A stretch of DNA of 64,000 bases, taken from assembly GCA_963828165.1 (NCBI GenBank), contig CAWHDR010000001.1, positions 2,752,001 through 2,816,000 of the forward strand. The letters are read 5' to 3'. Position 1 is the stretch's first letter. Every line of letters begins with the position of its first letter. The position numbers and the translations under genes are program-made. The notes below the pieces were generated by a model, which searched no databases, had not been told where the DNA came from, and worked only from the letters and a program-made list of their open reading frames with translations. The stretch is from an uncultured Chloroflexia bacterium (GTDB lineage: Bacteria > Chloroflexota > Limnocylindria > Limnocylindrales > CSP1-4). Below are positions 1 to 11,645 of the stretch, in pieces.

Positions 1-1
1 C

Positions 2-709
2 TCCGTCACCTTCCACGTCGAGATCGAGGAGCCGATCGCGCCGACGCTCAAGGCCATCCGCGCCGCGGGTCGTGCCGCGGGTCTCGCCGTCAAGCCGGGC
101 ACCCCGCTGTCGGCGCTCGAGCCCTACGCGAAGTTGCTCGACATCGTCCTGATCATGACCGTCGAGCCTGGCTTCGGTGGCCAGGCGTTCATGAAGGACG
201 TCCTGGCCGCGAAGGCCGCGGGCGCCCGCGAGCTGCTGCGCCACAAGCTCCACGGCGGCGAGGTCCATGTCGATGGCGGCATCAACCGCGAGACCGCGGA
301 GTTCGCCGGGTCACAGGGGGTCGACGTCTTCGTGGTCGGCTCGGCGCTGTTCGTCCGCGGTCGGGACATGGGCCGCGAGATCCGCCTCGTCCGGGCGCTG
401 GCCGACGAGGGCTACCAGTACGGCATCAACGACGGCAAGCCGCCGATCCCACGAGACCGGATGACGCCGATCACGTCGTTGCCGAAGCATCTGGCCCATC
501 GACTCATGGCCGAGATCGAGGCGACCGGCATCCCGGTGATCATGTTGCGCGGCGACGGGCAGATCAATCCCGACGGCGTCCGCGACTACGACCTGCTCGT
601 ACCCGCCAACGTGGAGGCCCATGTCAACACGGCCCACGGCGCCTCCCGCGACCGGCTCCTCGCCGAGGCCGACGCCTGGCGGGCGGGCCTGCTGGCCAAG
701 AAGGGGTGA
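2..709 (+). CDS. rpe: Ribulose-phosphate 3-epimerase (5'-truncated) with extra C-terminal domain
   Basis: Frame is open from base 2 (SVTFHVE); motifs LIMTVEPGFGGQ, VDGGIN, FVVGSALF. Confidence 0.93.
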   Translation, partial: SVTFHVEIEEPIAPTLKAIRAAGRAAGLAVKPGTPLSALEPYAKLLDIVLIMTVEPGFGGQAFMKDVLAAKAAGARELLRHKLHGGEVHVDGGINRETAEFAGSQGVDVFVVGSALFVRGRDMGREIRLVRALADEGYQYGINDGKPPIPRDRMTPITSLPKHLAHRLMAEIEATGIPVIMLRGDGQINPDGVRDYDLLVPANVEAHVNTAHGASRDRLLAEADAWRAGLLAKKG

Positions 710-1152
710 GGGCGCTCCTCCAGCGCACGACGGGCGCAACGGTGGCGGTGGCCGGTGACGTCGTGGGGGCGATCGATGGCGGCCTCGTCGTGCTGCTCGG
801 CGTGGGGCCGGCGGACGACGAAACGACGGCGGATGCGTTGGCCCGCCGGATCGTCGAGCTGCGCATCTTCCGCGACGCCGAGGGACGCACGAACAGCTCG
901 CTGATGGACGTCGGTGGCGCGGTCCTGCTGGTCTCGCAGTTCACGCTTTTCGCGGACACGCGGCGCGGCCGGCGGCCCGGGTTCACGGGCGCGGCGGCGC
1001 CCGAGCAGGCCGAGCGACTCTACGAGCGCGTCGCGACCGCCCTACGAGCCCTGGGCGTGGACGTCGCGACGGGGCGGTTCGGTCAGGAGATGGCGGTCCA
1101 GCTCACGAACGACGGCCCGTTCACGATCTGGCTCGACACAGACGACCGATGA
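706..1152 (+). CDS. dtd: D-aminoacyl-tRNA deacylase
   Basis: MRALLQR start, SQFTL, NDGPFTIWLD. Confidence 0.96.
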   Translation: MRALLQRTTGATVAVAGDVVGAIDGGLVVLLGVGPADDETTADALARRIVELRIFRDAEGRTNSSLMDVGGAVLLVSQFTLFADTRRGRRPGFTGAAAPEQAERLYERVATALRALGVDVATGRFGQEMAVQLTNDGPFTIWLDTDDR

Positions 1153-1225
1153 CATGCAACGACCGGGCACCACGTGGGCCCGGTCGAGAAGCGGCGAGGC
1201 GATCAGCGGGCGACGGCCCGCGACG

Positions 1226-1423
1226 CTACTGGGATGCCTTGAGCAGCGTGCGGCGGCAGCGGGTGCAGACCAGGGACTTGGTCGGCGAGCCCTTCACGTC
1301 GATGACGAGCGGCTGCAGGTTGGGCTGCATGCGGCGATGAGCTCGGACGCGGTTCATGCCCGACGACTGCGGGTTGAAACCGCCCATCGAAGCCTTGCCG
1401 CAGATCGCGCAGGAGCGGGCCAT
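1226..1423 (-). CDS. rpmB: 50S ribosomal protein L28 (zinc-ribbon type)
   Basis: 65 aa MARSCAICGK...PNLQ...VCTRCRRT; divergent from asp23-fakA as is typical. Confidence 0.93.
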   Translation of the reverse strand: MARSCAICGKASMGGFNPQSSGMNRVRAHRRMQPNLQPLVIDVKGSPTKSLVCTRCRRTLLKASQ

Positions 1424-1483
1424 GCGTATCCTCAGAGATCGTGTCAGATGGAGCGCGCGGGCAGGTCTGCCCGAACGGGGCGG

Positions 1484-1493
1484 TATGATAGCA
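1484..1493. promoter_or_regulatory. Overlapping divergent -10 boxes for rpmB (minus, TGCTATCAT) and asp23 (plus, TATGAT)
   Basis: tatgatagca reads TATGAT on + and extended -10 TGcTATCAT on -. Confidence 0.55.
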
Positions 1494-1584
1494 CACGCTC
1501 CCGGCCGCTCCGCCGAGGCGGTCGAGGGACCGACCATCGCTCGAGCAGCGCCCGACCCCGCTCCCGCAGGGAGGACCAGCCCGC

Positions 1585-2007
1585 GTGGCCATCCGTCCGA
1601 CACCCGGCCGATCCCTCGTCACCGGTCGCGCCATCGCCGACATCGTGCGCTCCGCGACCCTTGGGTCGTACGGAGTCAGCGCGTTCGCCGGTGGACCCGT
1701 CGGGCGCCTGCTTGCCCGGCTCGGCTTCCGGCAACCGGGCCTGACGATCCGGATCGAGGACGGCATCGAGATCGACCTCGACCTCGAGGTCGCGCTCGGC
1801 GTCCCGGTCGCAGAGGTCGCCCGCCAGGTCGACTCCGCGGTCCGCTACGCCGTGCAGTCAGCATTGGGGCAGCCGGTCGGCCGCATCGTCATCCACATCG
1901 GTGGGCTCCATGTCCCCGCCGACGGTGCCGTCCCGTCCGGGCCGGCAGCGCTGCCGACCGGCATCCGTCCGCGCGATCTCGCCGACAGCGGGACGGACGT
2001 CGCCTAG
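1585..2007 (+). CDS. Asp23/Gls24 family protein (YloU-like)
   Basis: IEIDLDLEVALGVPVAEVARQVDSAVRYAV; SD gggagg; directly upstream of DAK2 gene. Confidence 0.88.
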   Translation: MAIRPTPGRSLVTGRAIADIVRSATLGSYGVSAFAGGPVGRLLARLGFRQPGLTIRIEDGIEIDLDLEVALGVPVAEVARQVDSAVRYAVQSALGQPVGRIVIHIGGLHVPADGAVPSGPAALPTGIRPRDLADSGTDVA

Positions 2008-3722
2008 ATGGCCCGTCGGGCTTGCGACGGGAGCGGTCTGCTCGACGCGTTCCGCGCGGCCGTCGCCAATCTCGAGGCGCACGTCGGCGAGATCAACGGC
2101 TTGAACGTCTACCCGGTGCCCGACGGTGACACCGGGTCGAACATGTACGCGACCGTCAAGGCGGCCCTGGACGAAGCGGAGGCGGTCGCCGATCAACCGG
2201 CCGACCGCATCGCGGCCGCGATCAGCTTCGGGGCGCTGATGGGCGCCCGCGGCAACTCCGGCGTCATCACCAGCCAGATCTTCCGGGGCATGGCCGATGG
2301 CCTCGGCGGAAAGCGTCGCTTCAACGGGCTGGACCTGGCCCACGCCCTCTCCGAGGGTGCCCGGACCGCCTACGGGGCGGTCGCCAAGCCGGTCGAAGGG
2401 ACGATCCTCACGGTCATCCGCGAATCGGCGGTGGCCGCGGTCGAGGCGGCCGAGCATGACAACGACATCGAAGCCGTCCTTGGCGCGACGCTGGCCGGCG
2501 CCGAACGGTCGGTGGCGAAGACGCCGACCCTCCTCGCGATCCTGCGCGAGGCGGGCGTCGTCGACGCGGGTGGGCAAGGCCTGTATCGGCTGTTCCAGGG
2601 GGCGTTGCTGCACTTGCTCGGTCAGGCACCGGTCACGACCGGTCACCGTCGTGCCGCGGCTGGGGCCAAGCCATCCACCCTCGTCGCGCATGCCGACGAG
2701 GGCTTTGGTTACGAGACGATGTTCCTGCTCCAGGCCGTCGGTCGCACGCCGCTCGACCTCGACGCGATCCGCGATCACCTCGAGACGATCGGGGAATCGG
2801 TGCTCGTCGCCGGCGACGGCCGTGCGCTCAAGGTCCACGTCCACAACGAGCGGCCGGACCTCGTGATCGGTTACGGGCTCGGGTTGGGGTCGATGAGCCG
2901 GATCAGCGTGGAGAATCTCGACAACCAGGCTCGCGACGTGCGTGAGACGCGGGCGGCAGCCTTCACCGGCGGCCCGGGTCTGGATGGCACGGCCCCGGCC
3001 GGCGCCGCGGTCGTCGACGAGCAGCCCGACGCGCCCAGCACCGCCCCGACCGACGGCGCGAATGCCCCGGCCCTTGCGGTCATCGCGGTCGCGGCGGGGG
3101 ATGGCCTGGCCGCGACCTTCCGGGATTTCGGGGCGGCCGTCGTCCAGGGCGGCCAGTCCGCCAATCCGAGTACCGGCGAGCTCCTCGACGCCGTCGAAGG
3201 CGGTCCAGGCGCGACGAGGTCCTGCTGCTGCCCAACAACCCCAACGTCGTGCTCGCGGCTCGCCAGGTGGCCGGGATGAGCGATCGGCCGGTCTCGGTCG
3301 TCCCGACCCGCAACGCCGCCGAAGGGTTCGCGGCGCTGCTGGCGCTGGACCCCGGGATGGACGCGACGGCCAACGTGGGACCCATGACCGAAGCCGCCCG
3401 GGCGATCCAGAGCCTCGTCGTCACCGAGGCGGTCCGCGATGCCAAGATCGGCGGGCGGAAGGTCAAGCGCGGCCAGACGATCGCGCTCGACCCCGACGAT
3501 GGGCTGATCGCCGTCGACAGCGACCGCCAGAAATGCGTCCTCGCCGCGATGAAGGCGCTGACTCCCGGGTACGAGCTCGTCACGGTCTTCTACGGCGACG
3601 GTGCGGACCTCACCGAGGCGGAGGCGATGGCCCGCCTGATCGGCGCCGCCAGCTCCGGAGCCGAGATCGAGGTCCGGCACGGTGGCCAGCCCTTCTACCG
3701 GTACCTGATCTCGGCGGAATAG
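2008..3722 (+). CDS. fakA: DAK2-domain fatty acid kinase subunit (FakA/YloV), apparent frameshifts near 3195-3212
   Basis: LNVYPVPDGDTGSNM, GARGNSG, KPVEGTILTV, KVHVH; C-terminus (LLPNNPNV...GGQPFYRYLISAE) is in another frame. Confidence 0.9.
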
Positions 3723-3730
3723 GGCGGGCG

Positions 3731-5925
3731 ATGGCACGGTCCGCGCCCGCCAGGAAGGCTCCACCTGCCGTCCCCCCGCCGGTGGACCCGGCCGAGCTGC
3801 TCGAGACCCCGCTCGCCAAGTCCGGCTTGGCCGCCGGCGCCCAGCTTCGTCGCGCCGGGATCCGCCTCGACTTCTACACCGTCCGCGACCTCCTGTTCCA
3901 CCTCCCGCGCCGCTACGACGATCTGCGCGAGATGCGGTTGATCCGTGACCTGTACATGGAGCAGGACGGCGCCGTGGTCTCGGTCCAGGCGACCGTCGGC
4001 GACGTGCGGGTCGAGCCCGGGTTCCGGGGCCGGATCCAGCGCACGATCGCCCGGCTGGAGGACGACACCGGTAGCGTCGACGCGACGTGGTTCGGACGGC
4101 GCTTCATCGAGCGCCGGTTGCCGGTCGGCGGCGAGGTCGTCGTGTCGGGGAAGATCAAGCACTTCGGGCGTCGGCTGACGCTCGACAACCCCGAGTTCCA
4201 GGTCCTGACCGGCGAAACGGAGGTCCTCCACGCCGGCCGGATCGTGCCGGTCTACCCGCTGACTGCCGGCCTGCCCGCGGCCCGGCTGCGGTCGGCGATC
4301 CGCGAGGCGCTCGACAAGGCCGGTCACGCCTACCCCGAGTACCTGCCTGCCTCGATCCTCGCCGAGGAGCGACTCGTGCCGATCGCCCGGGCCATCGAGG
4401 AGGCGCATTACCCCGAGACGTTCGAGGGTCGTGACGCCGCCCTCGAAAGGCTGGCGTTCGATGAGCTCCTGGCCCTCCAGCTCGGGATGGTCCAGCGCCG
4501 GCGCCAGCGGGTCCGCGACGCTGCGCCGATCGTGACCCTCGATGCGGACCTGGACGAGGCCGTACGGACAGCGCTGGTGGACGCGATCGGAGCGCAGGGT
4601 GGGGCAACCGATCGAGCTGACCGTGGACCAGGACTCGGCGATGGCCGCGATCCGCGAGGACCTGGCGCGACCGACGCCGATGCTCCGCCTCCTGCAGGGC
4701 GACGTCGGGCTCGGGCAAGACCGCGGTGGCCGCGTACGCGCTGGCCGCCACGGCTCGGGCAGGACTCCAGGGGGCCCTCCTGGCGCCGACCGATCTGCTC
4801 GCGCGGCAGCACCTCGAGACGGTCGGCGCCCTGCTCGACGGGGTCGGGATCGGCGTGACGCTGCTGACCGGCTCGCTCAAACCGGGGGCGAAGGCCAAGG
4901 CGCTGCAGTCCATCGCGTCGGGCCAGGCGCTCGTGGTCGTCGGCACGCACGCGCTCATCCAGGAGGCGGTCACGTTCGCCGATCTTGGCCTCGTGATCAT
5001 CGACGAGCAGCATCGCTTCGGTGTGGATCAGCGCGGACAGCTGGAGTCCAAGGCCGGGGGCCGCTCCCCGCATGTGCTGCTGATGACCGCCACGCCGATC
5101 CCGCGAACGCTGGGCCAGGTCCTCTATGCCGACCTCGATGTCTCCGACCTGCGCACGCCGCCGGCCGGACGGGTGCAGATCCGCACCGGCATCCGACGCC
5201 CCTCGGAGCTCGAGGGGACCTGGCGCAAGATTCGCGACGAGGCGGCACTCGGGCACTCGACGTTCGTCGTGGTCCCGCTGATCGAAGAGGGCGCCGACGA
5301 GACCGAGGGCGCGGTCGCCGCCGAGTCCGAGGCGGTCCGGCTGAGCGCGCTGCTCGACCCGCTCCGGGTGGGCATGGTCCACGGCCGGATGAAGCCCGCC
5401 GAGCGAGACGCCGAAATGACCCGGTTCCGGGACGGGGAGCTGGACGTGCTGGTGGGGACGACCGTCGTGGAGGTCGGGGTCGATGTCCCGGCCGCGACGA
5501 TGATGGTCATCCAGGGCGCCGACCGCTTCGGGCTGGCCCAGCTGCATCAGTTGCGCGGCCGAGTCGGTCGCGGCTCCGTGGAGTCGTTTTGCGTCCTGGT
5601 GTCGGACTCCGCCGACGAGGTGGCCCAGGCCCGACTCAAGGCCGTCGCGGAGACGCACGACGGGTTCGCCCTGGCCGAGAAGGACTTCGAATTGCGCAAG
5701 GAAGGCAACGTCCTGGGCCTCGCCCAGAGCGGCTTTCCGAGGCTGCGGGTCGCGTCGCTCCAGGAAGCCGCCCACCGCGACCTCGCGGTGCGAGCGCGGG
5801 CCCACGCGGAGTCCATCCTCGACGCGGACGGACGCATGGAGCCTCCTCGACCCGAACTCGCCGCGGAGCTGGAACGTGGCTGGCTCCGCCACCTCGTGGC
5901 CGCGGAACCGGCGAGCGGCACATGA
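3731..5925 (+). CDS. recG: ATP-dependent DNA helicase RecG, apparent frameshifts near 4589 and 4708
   Basis: DLLFHLPRRYDD, RLLQGDVG/SGKT, IIDEQHRFGV, MTATPIPRTL, QLHQLRGRVGRG across three frames. Confidence 0.93.
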
Positions 5926-6189
5926 TCGCCTGTCGCGTGCGTGGGACGTACCTTCCGGCCAACGAGGCCTGGACCGAGCCAGGTCGAGGCCACGCCGGTC
6001 GCATGGCGTGCATGGGACGCGCCTATCGGCGAACGAAGGGTCGATCCGAGCGTCTCATTCGCCCGGGAGTGCACCACAAGCACACATCCACGCCGATTCA
6101 GCGCGTCCGGACGCCTCGTTCGTCGATACGGTCGTGGGGTGCACATCGCGCGACAGATGGGAAACGGGCGGCCAGAAGCGCGTGTTCGC

Positions 6190-7903
<1,714 letters not shown>

Positions 7904-7913
7904 CGCCGGGCCG

Positions 7914-8471
7914 ATGAGCGCCCCGGCCGACGACGAGCCGTTTCTCTGGAACGTCGCCGGGCTTCTCGGCGACGCGGTCGGGGCCGATCGCCACTACGAC
8001 GTCGCGGATGCCCGGGTGGAGCTGCCGGACGAGCTCACCCTCGCCGAGCCCATCGCCGGTCGCGTCCGGCTGACGCACACGAACCGCGGCATCCTCGCGC
8101 GGGCGAACCTCCGTACGGCCCTCGCGATGGAGTGCGTGCGCTGCCTCCGTCCGACGACCGTGCCCCTGGAGCTGGCGATCGAGGACGAGTTCCTGCCATC
8201 GCTCGACATCGCGACGGGCAAACCCGTGGCCGCCGACGATGAGCCCGAAGTGCTCCGGCTGAACGATCACCACGAGCTCGACCTCGCGCCGTCGGTGCGC
8301 GATGCGATCTCGCTGGCCGAGCCGATCGCCCCGCTCGACCGACCGGACTGCCCCGGCCTGTGCCCGATCTGCGGCCTGCCGCTCGACGAGGGCACGCACG
8401 ACCACCCGAGCGACGACATCGACCCGCGGCTCGAGGCGCTGCGCGAGTTCCGGCCCGAAGGCAAGGACTGA
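7914..8471 (+). CDS. yceD: YceD/DUF177 family protein
   Basis: ECVRCL, DCPGLCPICG, DPRLEAL; upstream of rpmF. Confidence 0.92.
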   Translation: MSAPADDEPFLWNVAGLLGDAVGADRHYDVADARVELPDELTLAEPIAGRVRLTHTNRGILARANLRTALAMECVRCLRPTTVPLELAIEDEFLPSLDIATGKPVAADDEPEVLRLNDHHELDLAPSVRDAISLAEPIAPLDRPDCPGLCPICGLPLDEGTHDHPSDDIDPRLEALREFRPEGKD

Positions 8472-8588
8472 CGAGTCCCCCGGTTTCGCGGTAGACTCCG
8501 CGCTCGGTGCGGCCCGGCGCCATCCATCCCGCGCGCCTGACATCGCGGTGCCGCGCCACGACATACGACACAAGGAGCCCACGACCCC

Positions 8589-8798
8589 ATGGGTGTACCC
8601 AAGCGACGCGTCTCGCACGCCCGCCAGGGCGAGCGCCGCTCGCACCTCGCGATCGACCTGCCCAAGCTCGAGGAGTGTCCGCACTGCCACGAGATGAAGC
8701 TGCCCCACCGCGTCTGTCCCAACTGCGGCTACTACCAGGGTCGCCTTGCGGTCCCGCCCAAGCCGGCCGGCGGCCCCACCGACGACGCCCCCCGCTGA
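8589..8798 (+). CDS. rpmF: 50S ribosomal protein L32
   Basis: MGVPKRRVSHAR...CPHC...PHRVCPNCGYY. Confidence 0.97.
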   Translation: MGVPKRRVSHARQGERRSHLAIDLPKLEECPHCHEMKLPHRVCPNCGYYQGRLAVPPKPAGGPTDDAPR

Positions 8799-8802
8799 CG
8801 CG

Positions 8803-9924
8803 GTGACCGAGCCTCGGCGAGCCCCGACCGAGGCGACCAGCGACGCCGTTCGCGTCGCCGTCGATGCCATGGGCGGTGACCACGGCCCGACCGAGGTCGT
8901 GCCGGGCGCCCTGGCGTTCGCCCGGGGCCACCCGCGCGACACCGTCATCCTGGTCGGGGACGAGGCCGTCGTCCGCGGTATCGCCGGGGATCTGCCCGCG
9001 AACGTCCGGATCGTGCATGCGAGCCAGGTCATCGGGATGGACGAGCACCCGGCCATGGCGCTCCGCGAGAAGAAGGACTCGACGATCCTCGTCGCCACCG
9101 ACCTCGTCAAGCGTGGCGAGGCCGATGCCGTCGTGACCGCCGGTCACACGGGCGCCGGCATGGCAGCGGCGGTCCTGCGGCTGGGTCGCCTGCCCGGTGT
9201 CGACCGGCCCGCCCTGGCGGTCCAGATGATCACCGATTCGGGACCGATGGTCCTGCTCGACATCGGCGCGAACCCCGACTCCACGCCCGAGAACCTGGCC
9301 CAGTTCGCCCACATGGGCGCGATCTTCGCCGAGCGTGTGCTCGGCGTGACTCGGCCGCGAGTGGCCCTGCTGTCCATCGGGGAGGAGAAGGGCAAGGGCG
9401 ACGCCCGCATCCAGCGCGCCACGGAGCTGCTGGACGCCACCGACCTCCGCTTCGAGGGCAACGTCGAGGGCAAGGACCTGACCCGCCACCCCGCCGATGT
9501 CGTCGTGTGCGACGCCGTGCTCGGCAACGTGGTCATCAAGTTCTTCGAGGGACTGTCCGGGTTCATCTTCGACCTGTGGCGGACGGAGTTCGAAGGATCG
9601 TGGCGCGGCCGTCTCGGCTACCTGCTGATGCGGCCGAGCGTCGCCCGGATCCGGACCGTCTTCGACTACGAGAAGGTCGGCGGCTCGCCGTTGCTCGGCG
9701 TCAAGGGGACCGCGATCATCACGCACGGGCGCGCCAGGCGCCGGATGATCGGCTACGCCTGCGAGGTGGCGGCGACGACGGCCCGGACGCGGGTCCCGGA
9801 GCTCATCGCCGAGGCCCTCGCCGCCGACCGGGCGTCGCTCGCCGCCGAGGCCCCCGCAGCCGAGACGGATCCCGAGGTCCAGGCACCGGGCGACCCCAGC
9901 TCCAGGGAAGAGGTGGCCACGTGA
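8803..9924 (+). CDS. plsX: Phosphate acyltransferase PlsX
   Basis: VAVDAMGGDHGP, LLDIGAN, IGEEKGKG, GNVEG, GGSPLLGV. Confidence 0.96.
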   Translation: MTEPRRAPTEATSDAVRVAVDAMGGDHGPTEVVPGALAFARGHPRDTVILVGDEAVVRGIAGDLPANVRIVHASQVIGMDEHPAMALREKKDSTILVATDLVKRGEADAVVTAGHTGAGMAAAVLRLGRLPGVDRPALAVQMITDSGPMVLLDIGANPDSTPENLAQFAHMGAIFAERVLGVTRPRVALLSIGEEKGKGDARIQRATELLDATDLRFEGNVEGKDLTRHPADVVVCDAVLGNVVIKFFEGLSGFIFDLWRTEFEGSWRGRLGYLLMRPSVARIRTVFDYEKVGGSPLLGVKGTAIITHGRARRRMIGYACEVAATTARTRVPELIAEALAADRASLAAEAPAAETDPEVQAPGDPSSREEVAT

Positions 9925-10235
9925 GCGGTCCGGAACTCACGGTCGGGCAGGGCGTCATCGCGGAGCTCGTCCGGCTCGCCGCCTTCGAGGTCCCGGGCGT
10001 CGCCCGGGTGGGCCATGGCGGACCGTTGTGGCGGAGATGGCTCGCCGGTCCGGCGGTCCGCGTTCGGGTCCGCGACGACCGGGTCGTGGTCCGCCTGCGC
10101 ATCGTCGCGCGGCCCGGGCAGGCCCTCGCACCGTTGACGGCGCAGGTCGGGTCCGCCGTCGCCGCGACCGTCGAGCGGTTGCTCGGACTGGACCTCGGGG
10201 CAGTGACGGTCGTCGTCGATGGTGTCGGAGGCTGA
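9921..10235 (+). CDS. Asp23/Gls24 family protein (YqhY-like)
   Basis: GTG overlaps plsX stop; VIAELVRLAAFEVPGV...VTVVVDGV; precedes nusB. Confidence 0.8.
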   Translation: MSGPELTVGQGVIAELVRLAAFEVPGVARVGHGGPLWRRWLAGPAVRVRVRDDRVVVRLRIVARPGQALAPLTAQVGSAVAATVERLLGLDLGAVTVVVDGVGG

Positions 10236-10719
10236 TCGCCAGCGCGGACGACGGACGGGACGTCGACTGGCGCTGGCCGCGATCTTCGAAGCCGACTTCG
10301 GCCAGCGCACGGCCGACGCCATCCTCGAGCGCCACCTCGCGGAGTCCGAGCGTGACGAGACCGCCGCGGCCCTGGCCCGCGAGCTGGTCGAAGCCGTCGT
10401 CGCCCACCGGGATGCGATCGACGCCCAGATCGGGCGCGTGGCGCCGCAGTACCCCGTCACCGGTCTCGCCAAGATGGACCGCGCCCTGCTCCGAACGGCC
10501 CTCGGTGAGGTGCTACACTCCGCCACGCCGGCCCGGGTGGCCATCGCCGAGTGGGTCGAGCTGGCACGCACCTACAGCGGAGAGCCGATGCGGCGCCTGA
10601 TGAATGGCGTTCTCGGAACCATCTCCCCCGCACCCAGCTCCGAGGAGGGAGTCAGTGGCCACAACGTACGACCGGCTCAAGAAGATCGTCGTCGAGCAGC
10701 TCGGCGCCGACGAGGATGA
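10219..10719 (+). CDS. nusB: Transcription antitermination factor NusB
   Basis: [42 protein letters not shown]; 3' end overlaps acpP. Confidence 0.9.
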   Translation: MVSEADRQRGRRTGRRLALAAIFEADFGQRTADAILERHLAESERDETAAALARELVEAVVAHRDAIDAQIGRVAPQYPVTGLAKMDRALLRTALGEVLHSATPARVAIAEWVELARTYSGEPMRRLMNGVLGTISPAPSSEEGVSGHNVRPAQEDRRRAARRRRG

Positions 10720-10891
10720 GGTCAAGCCGGAGGCGTCGTTCGTCGACGACCTCAACGCGGACTCGCTCGACCTGGTCGAGCTCATCATGAGCCTGGAAGA
10801 AGAGTTCGGGACCGAGATCTCGGACGAGGACGCCGAGAAGATCCGGACCGTCCAGGACGCCGTCGACTACATCGACGAGAAGTCCACCTAG
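10655..10891 (+). CDS. acpP: Acyl carrier protein
   Basis: SD gaggagg; [21 protein letters not shown]. Confidence 0.97.
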   Translation: MATTYDRLKKIVVEQLGADEDEVKPEASFVDDLNADSLDLVELIMSLEEEFGTEISDEDAEKIRTVQDAVDYIDEKST

Positions 10892-10912
10892 CCCGCGTCG
10901 GCCACGCCGGAG

Positions 10913-11645
10913 GTGCGACCGGGACGGGGGCGTCGCGGATCGATTGGGTCTCCCCGTCCGGGACCTCGACCTGCTGGAACAGGCTCTCGTCCACTCGAGT
11001 TGGCTGCACGAACACCCGGAAGCGGCCCGCGGCCACAACGAACGCCTCGAGTTCCTCGGCGACGTCGTGGTGAACCTGACGATCTCCGAGGCGCTCTACA
11101 CCCGGCATCCCGAGGACGACGAGGGCGCGCTGTCTGCCCGACGAGCCGCCATCGTCTCCACGACCGGCCTCGCGCGCCTCGCCGGCCGCATCGGTCTCGG
11201 TGCGGACGTCATGCTCGGTGAGGGAGAATCGCAGCGAAGCGCCCGTCGACGACCGTCCCTGCTCGCCTCCTCGTTCGAAGCCCTGACCGGGGCCCTGTAC
11301 CTGGACCTCGGATATGACCTCGTGCGGGACTGGCTGATCGACCTGGCCTCACCCGAGCTGGAGTTGGAGGCACCGATCACGAGCCTCAAGAGCCCGAAGA
11401 GTCGGTTGCAGGAATACACGCAACGGCGAACCGGCGCGCGGCCGGACTATCGCCTGCTGGGCGCCACGGGGCCCGATCACGAAAAGTCGTTCCGGATCCA
11501 GGTCTGGGTCGATGGTGAGCTGCTCGGCACCGGCGAAGGCGCCTCCCGGCGGATCGCGGAGACCGCCGCCGCCGCCGAGGCGATCGAGCGCATCCGCACG
11601 CTGCGCGAGCTCGACCGTGTGCGAGATGAACCGGTGAAGGCATGA
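10913..11645 (+). CDS. rnc: Ribonuclease III (start uncertain; possible indel in G-run near 10926)
   Basis: HNERLEFLGD, FEALTGALYLD, dsRBD PKSRLQEYTQ...GPDHEKSF. Confidence 0.93.
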
